A stretch of DNA of 37,115 nt from IMG/VR virus record IMGVR_UViG_3300048855_000223, positions 1-37,115 of that record. One strand, given 5' to 3'. Made by a program: the position numbers and the translations under genes. Of the stretch, positions 35,808 through 37,115 are shown in pieces (the first letter of the stretch is position 1; each line of letters opens with the position of its first letter). Below the pieces are notes generated by a model. It did not search any database. It had not been told where the DNA came from and worked only from the letters and a program-made list of their open reading frames with translations. Source of the stretch: a virus. Its lineage: Duplodnaviria > Caudoviricetes.

Positions 35808-37115
35808 ATGACCCGGCGCTTAGCTCTAGGATCTCTCGTGCTGCTTGTCTCTTTGTTCTGGCAGGAAGTTTTGATAGCCCAACCTTTATCGCGAGTAGCG
35901 TTGGTTATCGGAAACGGTGCCTATCGAGAAGGAATTGCATCTCTCGCCAACCCGCCCAGCGATGCGCGAGCGCTCGCACCTGTGCTCGAGCGCCTAGGTT
36001 TTCACGTCGACTTACTGATCGACGGAGATCGCGCCGACATGCTGGCAGCAATTCGTCGGCTCGGCGAGACCGCGAAAAATGCCGATGCGGCACTACTTTT
36101 CTTTGCTGGGCATGCGGCTGAGGTAGGAGGAAAAAACTTTCTGTTCCCTACCTCGGTATCAGCTCGTGGAACCGACCATGTCCTTTCACAGGCTGCCATT
36201 CCATACGATGAGATATCATCGGCCTTAATCGGGAAAGCTAAATCGACGCTTATTATTTTAGATGCATGCCGCAACAATCCGTTCACAGTCGCTTCGACTC
36301 CGAGCTCGGAAGCTGGTCGTCAGGGAACTGGTAGTAGAACGCCGACACGCTCGATAGGAAATGGGTTAGCCAGCGTCGCCCCAATGTCGGCGACTCTCAT
36401 TGCCTTCGCCACGGCGCCAGGGCAGGTCGCCTCGGACGGCGTGGGGAAAAATAGTCCGTTTACGGCGGCACTGCTGCAGCACATAGGAACGCCCGATATT
36501 GAGATACGCGATATGCTTACCCGCGTCCGACGTACGGTTCGCCAAAGTACAGCAGGCAGCCAAGTGCCCTGGGACAACTCCAGTTTAGAGGCACCCTTTT
36601 TCTTCCGTACTGGCGGCTCAGCCAGCATTTCGCCTGGTCCAACATCGCGGATAATCAATGAGGCGACGGCGCAAGGCATCCCACTACCCGAAAATGTTAG
36701 AGAGTTGCGGTTTCGAAGACTATCGACCGGAAGTCCAGCGGACCTTTTGGTTGGGAGTTGGAGCAGCGGCCACAGACGGTGGAGTGGCCGATCCGGGCGC
36801 AAAAACGTGCTTATTGTTCTCTCGGTGAATGTGAGTCAGGGGACTGCAGATACAATCTTCGCGCAGAGCGAGTACGCTGAAGACGGCATAGAGAGGAGCG
36901 AGCGAACTCTCCCCGCAGGAGGAGGTTATTATCAGCGTCGAGTAATGGCGCTAAAGAGTGGCAGCGGCCAACTGGACTGGACCTTTCCAACTGGGGAAAA
37001 CATCCAATTCCATTTAGTGAATTCAGATACAATGCTTGGCGTGTGGAAAAGAGAACATACCGGAGACAGAAAGCGTACTCAGGAAGCGCGCGTCCAGATG
37101 TTCCGGATTGATTAG
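35808..37115 (+). CDS. Caspase-like peptidase C14 with signal peptide
   Basis: RVALVIGN, FFAGHA (His), ILDACR (Cys), NSPFT, QVPW; hydrophobic N-terminus from ATG 35808. Confidence 0.9.
   Translation: MTRRLALGSLVLLVSLFWQEVLIAQPLSRVALVIGNGAYREGIASLANPPSDARALAPVLERLGFHVDLLIDGDRADMLAAIRRLGETAKNADAALLFFAGHAAEVGGKNFLFPTSVSARGTDHVLSQAAIPYDEISSALIGKAKSTLIILDACRNNPFTVASTPSSEAGRQGTGSRTPTRSIGNGLASVAPMSATLIAFATAPGQVASDGVGKNSPFTAALLQHIGTPDIEIRDMLTRVRRTVRQSTAGSQVPWDNSSLEAPFFFRTGGSASISPGPTSRIINEATAQGIPLPENVRELRFRRLSTGSPADLLVGSWSSGHRRWSGRSGRKNVLIVLSVNVSQGTADTIFAQSEYAEDGIERSERTLPAGGGYYQRRVMALKSGSGQLDWTFPTGENIQFHLVNSDTMLGVWKREHTGDRKRTQEARVQMFRID

Overview
High-GC, probably alphaproteobacterial accessory region that starts inside a tRNA-Gly(GCC) gene and holds tandem mobile elements. 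Element 1 (19-10685) is a 10.6-kb tyrosine-integrase element bounded by a perfect 49-bp tRNA-Gly direct repeat. It looks like a phage satellite: xis/int, ClpP-major capsid fusion, Nu1-like small terminase, lambda-like cos, iteron origin, Prim-Pol/VapE primase and a Clp-fold protease cargo, with no portal, large terminase or tail genes. Its integrase reads through the att core, so excision would change the integrase C-terminus and place the primase directly behind int. Next is a translationally coupled four-gene DISARM-related defence operon (DEAH-DUF1998-nuclease helicase, SNF2 helicase, large N6-adenine MTase, PD-(D/E)xK-like orphan), downstream of a DUF2924/large serine recombinase module. 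A divergent arm (HTH genes, DUF3987 primase, iterons, HK97-type cos, ParB-MTase, terS, terL) stops with no portal or capsid and is followed by a secreted caspase-like gene. Family calls come from motifs recognised by eye, not database searches.
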